A stretch of 64,000 bases of DNA from an uncultured Alteromonadaceae bacterium (GTDB lineage Bacteria > Pseudomonadota > Gammaproteobacteria > Enterobacterales > Alteromonadaceae): NCBI GenBank assembly GCA_950073835.1, contig CATMRP010000001.1:14164-78163 (forward strand). The letters run 5' to 3'. The notes under the pieces were generated by a model. That model ran no database searches, was not told the DNA's origin, and saw only the letters and a list, made by a program, of their open reading frames with translations. Of the stretch, positions 55,671 through 64,000 are shown one piece after another; positions within the stretch are counted from its first letter, which is position 1; each line of letters starts with the position of its first letter. Made by a program: the position numbers and the translations under genes.

Positions 55671-56219
55671 ATGATTTTAGGAAGTATTCTGGCGTTGATT
55701 GGGTCAGCCGTGGCGGCCGGTGGTGTGTACATGGGCTGGCGCAACAGTTCAGCAGTGTATGCCTGGTTGGGCTGGTTAGCCGCGGCCGGCAGTGTTTATT
55801 GTTGGTCTTTAACCCTGGGCGTGGAATATGGCCTGACTATTGGTCTTTGTTTGCCTGCGCTGACGGTGTGGGCGGCTATTGCGATTGAGGCCAACCCGCA
55901 ACGGCAAACACCTGAGCGCGTAAAACCGGCACATCAATGGCGATTTGCCCCGTACCAGATTGCCCGTCAAACCGGGCATATTTTGTATGTCTTACCCGGG
56001 CAGATGTTTATCTGTGCACTCATTATGATCGCCCTGGTGTATCAGTTGCCGGTTTCAGAGCCCAAGCAAATGGCCATCGGCGTGCTGGTGATGCCAGTGT
56101 TGTGGGGCCTGCTGGCCTACTGGTACGTGCTGTCATCGCGTAAATGGCTGCACATTGTTTTATCTTCAGGCGCGGCTGCTGTGGCGGGCTTATGGTTATT
56201 TGGAGGGGCGCATGGCTAA
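55671..56219 (+). CDS. Hypothetical multi-pass membrane protein (PepSY-associated)
   Basis: About 6 hydrophobic segments; overlaps the start of the PepSY gene. Confidence 0.7.
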   Translation: MILGSILALIGSAVAAGGVYMGWRNSSAVYAWLGWLAAAGSVYCWSLTLGVEYGLTIGLCLPALTVWAAIAIEANPQRQTPERVKPAHQWRFAPYQIARQTGHILYVLPGQMFICALIMIALVYQLPVSEPKQMAIGVLVMPVLWGLLAYWYVLSSRKWLHIVLSSGAAAVAGLWLFGGAHG

Positions 56220-57669
56220 ATCGGTTTCTGCAGGCAGTCTGGCGAAACGTTCGCTGCAGTCTCACACCTGGCTGGGCCTGGTTGTTAGCGCGGTGATGTT
56301 TCTGATTTGTTTATCCGGCACCATTGCCGTATTGCATAAAGAGTTTGAGCGCTGGGAGCAACCCAATATCCCGGAGACAACCGAATACACTATCGAACAG
56401 GTGGAGCGTGCCTATACCAGCTTTACTGAGCAATACAGTGATGACACCCATCATTACTATTTTGTGTTCCCTGGTACCGGTATTCCGCGGCTGGTGATGG
56501 AAGATGATCACCGGGCCCACTTTGTGGATGACCAGGGTAGGCTTATTGAACAGGAAAATGTCACCTGGGCGCGGATGCTGGTGGATTTGCATTTGTACCT
56601 GCACCTGCCCCACTCGTTTGGCATGATTCTGGTGAGTGCCTGCGGCGCCTTATTGTGTGCGCTAATTGTCTCGGGCCTAATGGCGCATCCCAGAATTATC
56701 AAAGACGCCTTTAAGTTTCGCTACGGGGGCGATGGACTCAAGGAAAATATCGATCTGCATAATCGCCTGAGTGTGTGGGGCACGCCTTTTCATCTGATGA
56801 TAGCTATCACCGGCGCCTATTTTGGCCTGGCCGGGGTGTTTGTGACCATCATTGCGCAGGCGTTCTACGATGGCGATACCCAGGCCGTATACGATCGCGC
56901 TTTTACGCCCGAACCTGAACTGGTGCAGGAGATTGCGCCGCCCGACATCGGCGCCGCTATGCGCGATCTTAAGGACCGGGTAAATACCGAAAGCAATTTG
57001 CTGTTCTTTACGGTACATGAACCGCATACACCGCAGCAGTTTCTGGAGTTTTTTGTAAAAACCCCTGAACGCCTGATTTACTCAGAAAACTACCGCTATG
57101 ATTCGGCGGGCAATTATCTGGGTAAAGCCGGGTATTCTGATGGTGACGGTGGCATGCAAACCCTGTATTCCGTGTTCCGCATCCATTTTGGTGACTTTAT
57201 CGGCATGCCGGTAAAAATTCTCTACATTGTGCTGGGCATGATGCTGACTGTGGTGTCTGCCACTGGCATGAATATCTGGCTGAAAAAGCGCCAGACCCGT
57301 GACGCGCTTAATTTGCTCTGGCCAGCCTTTGTTTGGGGGACGCCCGTGGCACTGGTGGCTAGCGCGCTGGGCTATTTTGCGGTCGCTCTCTCACCTACGC
57401 TTTTATTCTGGGTGGTGCTGGTATTGCTGGCGGGTCTGGCGTTACGCCTCAACAGCGAAGCGCGTATCCTGCCAGTATATAAACGGCTACTGGCGGCAGT
57501 GATTGCCTTATTCTGGCTGGTATATTTGGTGCGCTTTGGCACTGCCGCATTTTCTGTGGCAGCATTACAAATTAATGTGCCGTTGCTGGCAGTTGCTGTG
57601 TGGGCTATGTGGTCGGAACGCCGCAATAAGCGAAAAGTGATGCAGGTGGCAGCACCAAGCGCCAGCTAA
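56212..57669 (+). CDS. PepSY-associated TM helix domain protein (putative iron/siderophore reductase)
   Basis: SHTWLGL, LSGT, DLHLYLH, DLHNRLSVWGTPFHL, FRIHFG; start ATG 56212 after GGAGG. Confidence 0.88.
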   Translation: MAKSVSAGSLAKRSLQSHTWLGLVVSAVMFLICLSGTIAVLHKEFERWEQPNIPETTEYTIEQVERAYTSFTEQYSDDTHHYYFVFPGTGIPRLVMEDDHRAHFVDDQGRLIEQENVTWARMLVDLHLYLHLPHSFGMILVSACGALLCALIVSGLMAHPRIIKDAFKFRYGGDGLKENIDLHNRLSVWGTPFHLMIAITGAYFGLAGVFVTIIAQAFYDGDTQAVYDRAFTPEPELVQEIAPPDIGAAMRDLKDRVNTESNLLFFTVHEPHTPQQFLEFFVKTPERLIYSENYRYDSAGNYLGKAGYSDGDGGMQTLYSVFRIHFGDFIGMPVKILYIVLGMMLTVVSATGMNIWLKKRQTRDALNLLWPAFVWGTPVALVASALGYFAVALSPTLLFWVVLVLLAGLALRLNSEARILPVYKRLLAAVIALFWLVYLVRFGTAAFSVAALQINVPLLAVAVWAMWSERRNKRKVMQVAAPSAS

Positions 57670-57681
57670 ACAGGAGAAGCC

Positions 57682-58014
57682 ATGTTTATCGTTATGTTTG
57701 AGTTTGTTCCCAAAACAGGTAAAGAAGCCGACTTTTTGCGCGCCTGGCCAAAAGTCACTCAGGGCATTTATTTGTTTCATGGCAGCCTTGGCTCACGCTT
57801 GCATAAAGATGAAGAAGGGCGCTGGATTGCTTATGCGCAGTGGCCCGACCGGGCAACCTGGGAACAGGCCGCAGCTAACAGCATGAGTGAAGACTACGAA
57901 CAGCAACGCATGCACATGCATGATGCCCTAAATCTTGAGACCACTCGAATTCTGTATAAAATGGACGTTGCCTGCGATTATTTGCAACGTCGTCCTTTTG
58001 CGGTGGATAGCTAA
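57682..58014 (+). CDS. Antibiotic biosynthesis monooxygenase (ABM) family protein
   Basis: GKEADFLRAW, GSLGSRLH, IAYAQWPD. Confidence 0.78.
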   Translation: MFIVMFEFVPKTGKEADFLRAWPKVTQGIYLFHGSLGSRLHKDEEGRWIAYAQWPDRATWEQAAANSMSEDYEQQRMHMHDALNLETTRILYKMDVACDYLQRRPFAVDS

Positions 58015-58070
58015 CAGCAGTTAGCGTCTGGTGCAGTAAGCCGTTTGGTTGTGGTTAACAAGGAGTGGTC

Positions 58071-58712
58071 ATGGAACATACGTTCTGGCATGACAAGTGG
58101 GAAAAAGGCGAGATAGGCTTTCATCAGAGCGATATCCATCCGATGCTGGCAGGATTCGCCGATCAATTTGGTATAGGCGATGGGTGCCGGGTGTTTGTGC
58201 CGCTTTGTGGTAAATCCAACGATATGACGTTCATGCTTGAGCGTGGTTGCGAAGTGGTGGGTGTTGAGCTAAGCCAGCTGGCTGTCAGCCAGTATTTCGA
58301 AAGCCTTGGCGTTACGCCAGTGATTGAAGAATGCGGCAAATTAATACGTTATTCGGCGCCGGATATCACGCTGTACTGTGGCGACTTTTTTGCGCTCACT
58401 GGCGAACAACTGGGTACCATCGATGTGGTTTACGACCGCGCCGCGCTGGTGGCACTGCCTCAGGATATGCGTAAGCAATACAGTCAGCGCTTGTGTTCAC
58501 TCACTCCCGGCGCAAAACAGCTGTTGGTGACGTTTGAGTACGATCAGGCATTAATGGACGGCCCGCCTTTTGCTATTTCCAGTGAAGAAATCCAGCAAAA
58601 CTATAATAAGTACTGCACAATAACGCTGCTGCACAGTGAAGTGCTGGCAGGCGGCTTAAAAGGGAAGGTTCCCGCCGTTGAAAACCTGTGGTCCCTTACT
58701 GGTAAGGGCTAA
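58071..58712 (+). CDS. tpm: Thiopurine S-methyltransferase
   Basis: FWHDKW...IGFHQ, RVFVPLCGKSND, VVGVELS, GDFF, YDRAALVALP, GPPF; start ATG 58071. Confidence 0.93.
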   Translation: MEHTFWHDKWEKGEIGFHQSDIHPMLAGFADQFGIGDGCRVFVPLCGKSNDMTFMLERGCEVVGVELSQLAVSQYFESLGVTPVIEECGKLIRYSAPDITLYCGDFFALTGEQLGTIDVVYDRAALVALPQDMRKQYSQRLCSLTPGAKQLLVTFEYDQALMDGPPFAISSEEIQQNYNKYCTITLLHSEVLAGGLKGKVPAVENLWSLTGKG

Positions 58713-58727
58713 CCGGTTACCGTTAAA

Positions 58728-58768
58728 AGGGTCGGCAAAGTGCTACTATTTTGCACCTTACCGACCTT
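58728..58768. terminator. Hairpin between convergent tpm and beta-propeller genes
   Basis: AGGGTCGGCAAAGTGC ... GCACCTTACCGACCTT imperfect stem. Confidence 0.4.
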
Positions 58769-58791
58769 GCAACAGTGAACTTTGATAGCAA

Positions 58792-60741
58792 TCAGTAAGG
58801 GCCGTTAACAGCGGCGTCTGGTTGCCATAGCGCGTGATAAACCTGATTACCGCGCAGGTAATAGATATGACCATTGTGCAACACGCTGCGATCCTCATAG
58901 CTGCCAATGTAATAATCGTCCTCTGATGACGGTGATATCGAATCAATAAGACTCAGCGTTCGGTCTGCTTCACTGACCTCCAGCGTCTGCAGGGCGTTGC
59001 GGGTATACCAGTAACCGGTTGCGTCGATTCCCCAGGTTTGTGAGGGCAACGCAAACTGATAGCCGGTCTCTGTTTTCAGCACTGACAGCGAACGGTGGTC
59101 ATATTCCACCGGGGTATAGGCTTGCGGCCATACAAACTCACCCAGTACCACCGGGTTGGAAGGGTCGAGTACATCAAACAAACTGACCTTCATGCCGTCT
59201 TCAATAGGGGTTTCCAGCGGCGTACTGCCGCTGGCCGGGATGGCATCGTTCCTAACCTGTTGACCAACGCCCAGTAATAGCCCGTTTTCCATGGGATGCA
59301 GGTAGCTGGAAAAACCGGGTATCTCCAGTTCGCCGGCAACCATTGGCGCGTACAGATCTGTTAAGTCAATCACGTACAAGGGATCAATCTGCTCGAAGGT
59401 CACGATAAAAGCTCTGTCCTCAAAAAAGCGTACCGCGTAAATGGCTTCACCTGGCTTGCCAATAGGAGCGGGTTGGGCTTCGTTGGGTAAGGTGGCAATT
59501 TCTATCAGTTCACTGCCTTGTTGCTCGAGGATGTGCAGCATATGTTCGGGATCCTGTGACCAGGCGCCTACTGTGGTGACAGCCAGTAATTTACCGTCGC
59601 GCTCAGCCAGTCTGAATTGCGCTGAACTTTGCCAGCCCAGAGTCCCTACCACACTGGCGGTTGCCTGATAGCGGATTTCATTACCCAGAGAGACTTTATG
59701 AACAACGGTTTTTTCTTCGCTGCTGGCATGTAAGTACAGGTGATCGGCCGAAGCGAACAGGCCATGGGCTTCGGTGAGCATGCACAGCGAGGAAAAATCC
59801 ATGGGGTTATCCAAATCAATTTTAACCACGCTGACCATTTGTGTATGACCATTCTGCTCGGTAGCACGCTGGGGCAACAGGCAATCAGTTAACTGGTAAA
59901 GATCACTAGTTTGGCCATTAATGGTGATTTTAGGGACCAGTTCACTACTGTCTTTTGCCAGTATTGCATTGTACAAATCAACCAGGCTGCGATTACTGGT
60001 GCCGGCATCTGGCAAGTCATTCAGGTTGGGCACAAACTGTGTGGCAATAAACAAATGGTTGTCGATGCGTCGTGAGTTAATCAGGCCACCATCAATGCGG
60101 ATGTTACTTACGGTACTGGGGCTGGCCGGATTAGCGACCCCGTAAATATCAATATAAGTATCGTTTTCTGGTTGCTGCCAGGGGCTTGAGTCGAGCAGAA
60201 TATCGGCCATGGCGTAATACTGGAAAGAGTGACTGACCACACCAAGGGTATTTTCATACAGGTACATGCCGGCTACGTTAAGATTGTCCTGCAGTGAAAT
60301 AGTCGCGGCTTCGGTTAAAGAATAATCGTGCTGGCGCGCCAGAATACGCACTTTTTTGACCTCTCCCTGGCTGGCGGTCCATACCGGTAAATCGGCTACA
60401 AACAGGTAGTCACCATTGTATTCGATGCGGTCCGCCTCATCGACACCGGCAATCTGGGTGTTGGTGGTTGAAAAGCTGGCTGGCTCAGCACCTCCGTCAG
60501 CGGCATCTTCCACGGCAGTTGCCTGCGCTTTCTTCATCAGATAGATGCCGTTTTTAACATAGCGTTCGGCGCTGACCTGTTGTGCCGTGGATAACGCTGA
60601 ATCTGTCGCCGATATAAAGCTTAGCGTGGGCGGACTCTCGCTCCCATCGTTGCTGCAGGCGGTGATTGTACAGGTTGAAAATATCGCCACGGCCAGGCAC
60701 TTCCACATCAGGTCGGTTTGTTGCTTCAGGTTCATATCCAT
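58792..60741 (-). CDS. Beta-propeller domain-containing lipoprotein
   Basis: Lipobox ITAC; FSTTNTQIAGVDEAD, GKPGEAIYAVRF, VTFEQIDPLYVIDL, GELEIPGFSSYLHP, GMKVSLFDV. Confidence 0.85.
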   Translation of the reverse strand: MDMNLKQQTDLMWKCLAVAIFSTCTITACSNDGSESPPTLSFISATDSALSTAQQVSAERYVKNGIYLMKKAQATAVEDAADGGAEPASFSTTNTQIAGVDEADRIEYNGDYLFVADLPVWTASQGEVKKVRILARQHDYSLTEAATISLQDNLNVAGMYLYENTLGVVSHSFQYYAMADILLDSSPWQQPENDTYIDIYGVANPASPSTVSNIRIDGGLINSRRIDNHLFIATQFVPNLNDLPDAGTSNRSLVDLYNAILAKDSSELVPKITINGQTSDLYQLTDCLLPQRATEQNGHTQMVSVVKIDLDNPMDFSSLCMLTEAHGLFASADHLYLHASSEEKTVVHKVSLGNEIRYQATASVVGTLGWQSSAQFRLAERDGKLLAVTTVGAWSQDPEHMLHILEQQGSELIEIATLPNEAQPAPIGKPGEAIYAVRFFEDRAFIVTFEQIDPLYVIDLTDLYAPMVAGELEIPGFSSYLHPMENGLLLGVGQQVRNDAIPASGSTPLETPIEDGMKVSLFDVLDPSNPVVLGEFVWPQAYTPVEYDHRSLSVLKTETGYQFALPSQTWGIDATGYWYTRNALQTLEVSEADRTLSLIDSISPSSEDDYYIGSYEDRSVLHNGHIYYLRGNQVYHALWQPDAAVNGPY

Positions 60742-60816
60742 GTCCTTTTAAGCAGTGAGGTTGAGTATTACCTTAGTGCTTGTTTAAGCAATAATCCGAT
60801 CCAAACTATTTAGAAA

Positions 60817-60830
60817 TGTGACAATTTGTA
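60817..60830 (-). promoter_or_regulatory. RstA-box-like direct repeat in divergent promoter
   Basis: Minus strand TACAAATTGTCACA vs E. coli RstA box TACATNTNGTTACA (2 mismatches); an OmpR-family regulator is encoded downstream. Confidence 0.45.
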
Positions 60831-60857
60831 ATCGGGTGCTGTGCCGGCTCTCAGGGT

Positions 60858-61778
60858 TTGATAATCTTAAAAAATCTGAATAACTTGCCGGAGCTGTGTG
60901 TGCGGATCCCTTTGCTGTGCTGTTTATTGCTGTGGCTGTCTGGCCCTGGCACCGCGTGGGGGTGCGAGAATGACGATGCCTGCATTGCGCCCAACACCTG
61001 GAAATTAGGCATCGCAGTGGGCATTGGCGCCCGCACCAACCCGTTGGTAGATGGCGACCCGATCCCACTGGTGGTCTTACCCGATGTGGCCTGGTATGGC
61101 GAAAACGCTTATTTCGACAACGGTGAAGCCGGTTATCAGTGGCAGTTGCGCAACGATATCAGCACGGAACTGTTCGTTGTGGCAAACCGTGAACGTTCCT
61201 ATTTTACCTTCTGGCACCCGGCCAATATCGTTTTGTCTGTTAACAGCAGTTCGGCAGATGTGATCGGGGGCCCGTTGCAACCCGGCGACAGCGACAGTGA
61301 ATCACCAGCGTTCAGGGATTCCATTTCTGTCGATGATATCAGCAACCGAAAGTGGACGGCTGATGCCGGTTTAAGAGTTAACTGGAACGGCTCAGACAGT
61401 CTTGTTTCTGCTGCGGTCGCAGGCGATCTGCTTAGCGTGCATCAGGGTTTTTATGCACAGTTAAAGTACCAGTATCGCTGGCAGTGGGACGACTGGCGTT
61501 TTGCCGCCAATGTTTCAGTAACCTACAAAAGCGAGAAGCTGATAGATTATTATTACGGTATCGATAGTGCAGATACGGCCAATAGCAATCTGTGGTATAC
61601 CGCCGATCATGCCCTGCAAACCAGCGTCGGGCTGCTACTCAATAAGCCGTTAAACAAGCACTGGCGATGGGTGGGGCGGGTACAGCTTTCGACCCTGGGC
61701 AGTGGTATGACTGACAGCCCGCTGGTATCAAAAGATTACGTTGCCAGTGGTTTCATTGGCTTCGGCTATCGGTTTTAA
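60858..61778 (+). CDS. MipA/OmpV family outer-membrane protein
   Basis: Signal peptide, alternating beta-strand pattern, YYYG, GSGMTDSPLV, C-terminal GYRF; start may be later (GTG 60900). Confidence 0.85.
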   Translation: MIILKNLNNLPELCVRIPLLCCLLLWLSGPGTAWGCENDDACIAPNTWKLGIAVGIGARTNPLVDGDPIPLVVLPDVAWYGENAYFDNGEAGYQWQLRNDISTELFVVANRERSYFTFWHPANIVLSVNSSSADVIGGPLQPGDSDSESPAFRDSISVDDISNRKWTADAGLRVNWNGSDSLVSAAVAGDLLSVHQGFYAQLKYQYRWQWDDWRFAANVSVTYKSEKLIDYYYGIDSADTANSNLWYTADHALQTSVGLLLNKPLNKHWRWVGRVQLSTLGSGMTDSPLVSKDYVASGFIGFGYRF

Positions 61779-61784
61779 GGGGCT

Positions 61785-62162
61785 TTGGTGCGTTTATTCT
61801 GCTTACTTCTGCTGCTCTCAGGTGCATTGATAATGCCAGCAGATGCTGAGGACGAAGCCTTTTCAGCCACGCCCAGTGAGTGTATCGCTGCAGAACAAGG
61901 CGACGAGTGTGTGATGTCAGTCTCCCTCAATTACCCACCACTTCTCAACGATAAATATTGCCTTACGCTAAACGGCGAGCCGCTGGGATGCTGGCCGCAT
62001 ACCGCTATGCCTGGTGCTATGAAGGTCACTTTGAAAGAAGAGTCAGAACTTAGCCTGATAAGAAAACAGAATACGCATCATGGTTCGGTGATGCTGACAC
62101 TTCGTTATCGCAGTGCTGCTAAGCTCAGGCGCCGCGTTAGGAATCCCTGGAGTTTATTCTGA
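61785..62162 (+). CDS. DUF3019-like secreted/periplasmic protein
   Basis: Signal peptide, ATPSECI...C..., YCL...CW, C-terminal RRRVRNPWSLF. Confidence 0.75.
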   Translation: MVRLFCLLLLLSGALIMPADAEDEAFSATPSECIAAEQGDECVMSVSLNYPPLLNDKYCLTLNGEPLGCWPHTAMPGAMKVTLKEESELSLIRKQNTHHGSVMLTLRYRSAAKLRRRVRNPWSLF

Positions 62163-62866
62163 TGAAGTCGCTTATCCTGGTTGAAGATGATGAAAGACTG
62201 GCTGAACTGGTAAGTCAGTACCTGACGGCTAACGGTTTTAGTGTGATCCGGTTTGCCGACGGCGAAGGGCTTATAGAGCGGGTGAAAGTCACACCACCGG
62301 ATGCGATTATTCTGGACGTCATGCTGCCCGGCGATGATGGCTTTACGCTGTGTAATCGTTTACGCCAGTTTTATAGCGGGCCCTTACTGTTTATGACGGC
62401 AAAAAGTGAGAGCTTTGATCAGGTGCTGGGGCTGGAGATAGGCGCGGATGACTATGTGGTTAAGCCGGTTGAGCCGCGGGTCCTGCTGGCCAGGGTGAAT
62501 GCCCTGATGCGTCGTGCCAGCTCGGTTGAAATGCCGGTTCACAGCGGCTCTGTGGTGACCTTTGGCAAGTTGAGTATCGATAAACTGTCGCGCCGGGTGA
62601 ACCTGGGCGGCGAGGACATTACTTTAACCAGCCACGAGTTCGATCTGCTATGTTTACTGGCCGATAATGCCTCACAGCTGGTTGAGCGCACTACCCTGTA
62701 CAAAGAGCTGATTGGCCGTGAGTATGACGGTCTTGACCGTTCGGCCGACGTCAGGGTGTCCCGCTTGCGTAAAAAGCTTAAAGACAATCCGCAAAATCCT
62801 TACCGCATCAAAACTATTTGGGGTAAGGGCTTCTTTTTTGTAGCGGATGCGTGGAGTGATGAATGA
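62162..62866 (+). CDS. OmpR-family response regulator (RstA-like)
   Basis: LVEDD, ILDVMLPG, MTAK, GADDYVVKP, winged helix (DVRVSRLRKKL, IKTIWGKG). Confidence 0.93.
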   Translation: MKSLILVEDDERLAELVSQYLTANGFSVIRFADGEGLIERVKVTPPDAIILDVMLPGDDGFTLCNRLRQFYSGPLLFMTAKSESFDQVLGLEIGADDYVVKPVEPRVLLARVNALMRRASSVEMPVHSGSVVTFGKLSIDKLSRRVNLGGEDITLTSHEFDLLCLLADNASQLVERTTLYKELIGREYDGLDRSADVRVSRLRKKLKDNPQNPYRIKTIWGKGFFFVADAWSDE

Positions 62867-64000
62867 CCCGCCTGTTCGTGAGCTTTTACCTGTTTATGGC
62901 GGTATCTCTGGTACTGATCAGCAGCACGCTGGAGCTGATTTGGCCGGGTGAGGATTACCGCGAGTCAGCCGATATGATGCTGGCAAAAGCCTTATTGCCG
63001 CTGGCGCTGGAGGATCAAAGCCAACTGCTGGTAAAACTCCGCCAGGCGGGTATCGATTACGAACTGAAAGACAGTGCGGCGATTAACTGGTCTGCCGCCG
63101 AGAAAGCCGAGCTTGCTGCCGGACAGCCGGTAACTCTGTACACCGACACCGCAAGATTCGTTTATATGCCCGCCAGTAAAAATCGCCTGATTGTGCTTAC
63201 GCTGCCGTTTACCGAAGTGTCCAGGCCCTACTTACTGATCTACCTTTCGGCATTCCTGCTGCTATTGGGCGTGATGCTGGCAATCTGGTTATGGCCCTTA
63301 TGGCGGGACCTGGCATATCTTACCCGCAAGGTCAATCATCTTGGTCAGGAAAGTGAAAATGTCGCCATCGCGCTTAAAAAGCGCTCTGTTATCCAGCCTA
63401 TCGCTAACAAGCTCAATATGCTCAGCGAGCGGGTTCACGGTTTACTGCGTGACCAACGCGAACTGACCGGCGCTGTGGCCCATGAATTCAGAACGCCCAT
63501 TGCCAGATTAAAATTTGCCCTGGAAATGAAACCCGAGCCAGACAGTCAGGCCTGGCGGGGTATTCAGGCCGATTTGGATGAACTCGAGGGGCTGGTGCAG
63601 GAAATGCTCGATTATACCCAGTACGATGCCATGACGCCGGAGCTCAACATAGCCGACATTCCGCTAAAAACGTTATGCAGTGAAGTGGTGACCAGATTAG
63701 CGCTTACCACCAACAAAACCCTGCAGGTCCGCGGTGACGAACTGACCGTCCGGGGCGATGGTCATTTTATCGAACGGGCCGTGATTAACCTGCTTAACAA
63801 TGCCATCCGGCATGCTAAGTCGCAGGTGTTTATTGAGGTTTATCAAACCGGCTCCGCGGTGAATATTGCGGTTAACGATGACGGTAGTGGCGTTGAACCC
63901 GCGCTGGCATCACGTATATTCGACCCCTTTTTCCGGCCTGATAACAGCCGGGTGCGCTACGCTGGTGGCGCTGGTTTAGGGTTGGCAATTGTACAACGTA
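62863..64000 (+). CDS. Sensor histidine kinase (RstB-like), runs off window end
   Basis: My translation from ATG 62863 (ATGA overlap): two TM, H-box VAHEFRTP, N-box NLLNNAIRHA, DDGSG, F-box IFDPF, G2 GAGLGLAIV; absent from the ORF track because there is no stop in the window. Confidence 0.93.
   Translation, partial: MTRLFVSFYLFMAVSLVLISSTLELIWPGEDYRESADMMLAKALLPLALEDQSQLLVKLRQAGIDYELKDSAAINWSAAEKAELAAGQPVTLYTDTARFVYMPASKNRLIVLTLPFTEVSRPYLLIYLSAFLLLLGVMLAIWLWPLWRDLAYLTRKVNHLGQESENVAIALKKRSVIQPIANKLNMLSERVHGLLRDQRELTGAVAHEFRTPIARLKFALEMKPEPDSQAWRGIQADLDELEGLVQEMLDYTQYDAMTPELNIADIPLKTLCSEVVTRLALTTNKTLQVRGDELTVRGDGHFIERAVINLLNNAIRHAKSQVFIEVYQTGSAVNIAVNDDGSGVEPALASRIFDPFFRPDNSRVRYAGGAGLGLAIVQR

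Noticed and set aside
57682-58014. ABM protein as an IsdG-type heme oxygenase
   Set aside because: The Asn and heme-ligand His positions of IsdG are not evident
62863-64000. Apparent ORF-free last 1.1 kb (possible pseudogene or non-coding region)
   Set aside because: Open frame encoding an intact histidine kinase that is simply truncated by the window edge
1-64000. CRISPR arrays, tRNA/rRNA genes, IS transposases, integrases, prophage or defence genes
   Set aside because: No regularly spaced repeats, cloverleaf or rRNA-like tracts, or such protein motifs were seen

Overview
Chromosomal window from a Gammaproteobacterium; gene content and protein style suggest marine Alteromonadaceae (inference; about 50% GC by eye). 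(1) 0.3-24.5 kb: a beta-glucan (laminarin-type) utilization locus with two GH5, GH30, GH3, a TonB-dependent receptor and a membrane-anchored AraC regulator. It is interrupted by a NADAR gene and a glpFK-glpR-glpD cluster, and carries an unexplained set of accessory genes (SapC, JmjC cupin, flavin-dependent halogenase homologue, DUF6445). (2) 24.8-47.6 kb: a rhamnogalacturonan-I (pectin) locus with GH43, two CE12 proteins (three domains), a TIM-barrel epimerase-like protein, TBDR, Tat-GH42, RhaM, an RpiB-like isomerase, YesU-like protein, Tat-PL26, RhiN-like GH105, RhiT-like transporter, PL22, KduD, KduI and an IclR regulator. (3) 47.6-64 kb: LruC-domain pair, M28 peptidase, WbuC cupin, plsB, DUF2177, PepSY/ABM/TPMT cluster, beta-propeller lipoprotein and a MipA-DUF3019-two-component operon cut by the window end. 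Reading the intergenic DNA gave two locus-specific operator-like motifs (GAACGTTC, 8 copies; TTTCA-N4-TGAAA-like, 9 copies). It also gave two ~270-bp inverted-repeat elements with unrelated ends but the same internal architecture. No rRNA, tRNA, CRISPR array or transposase was seen. All family calls come from motif recognition by eye; no database search was run.
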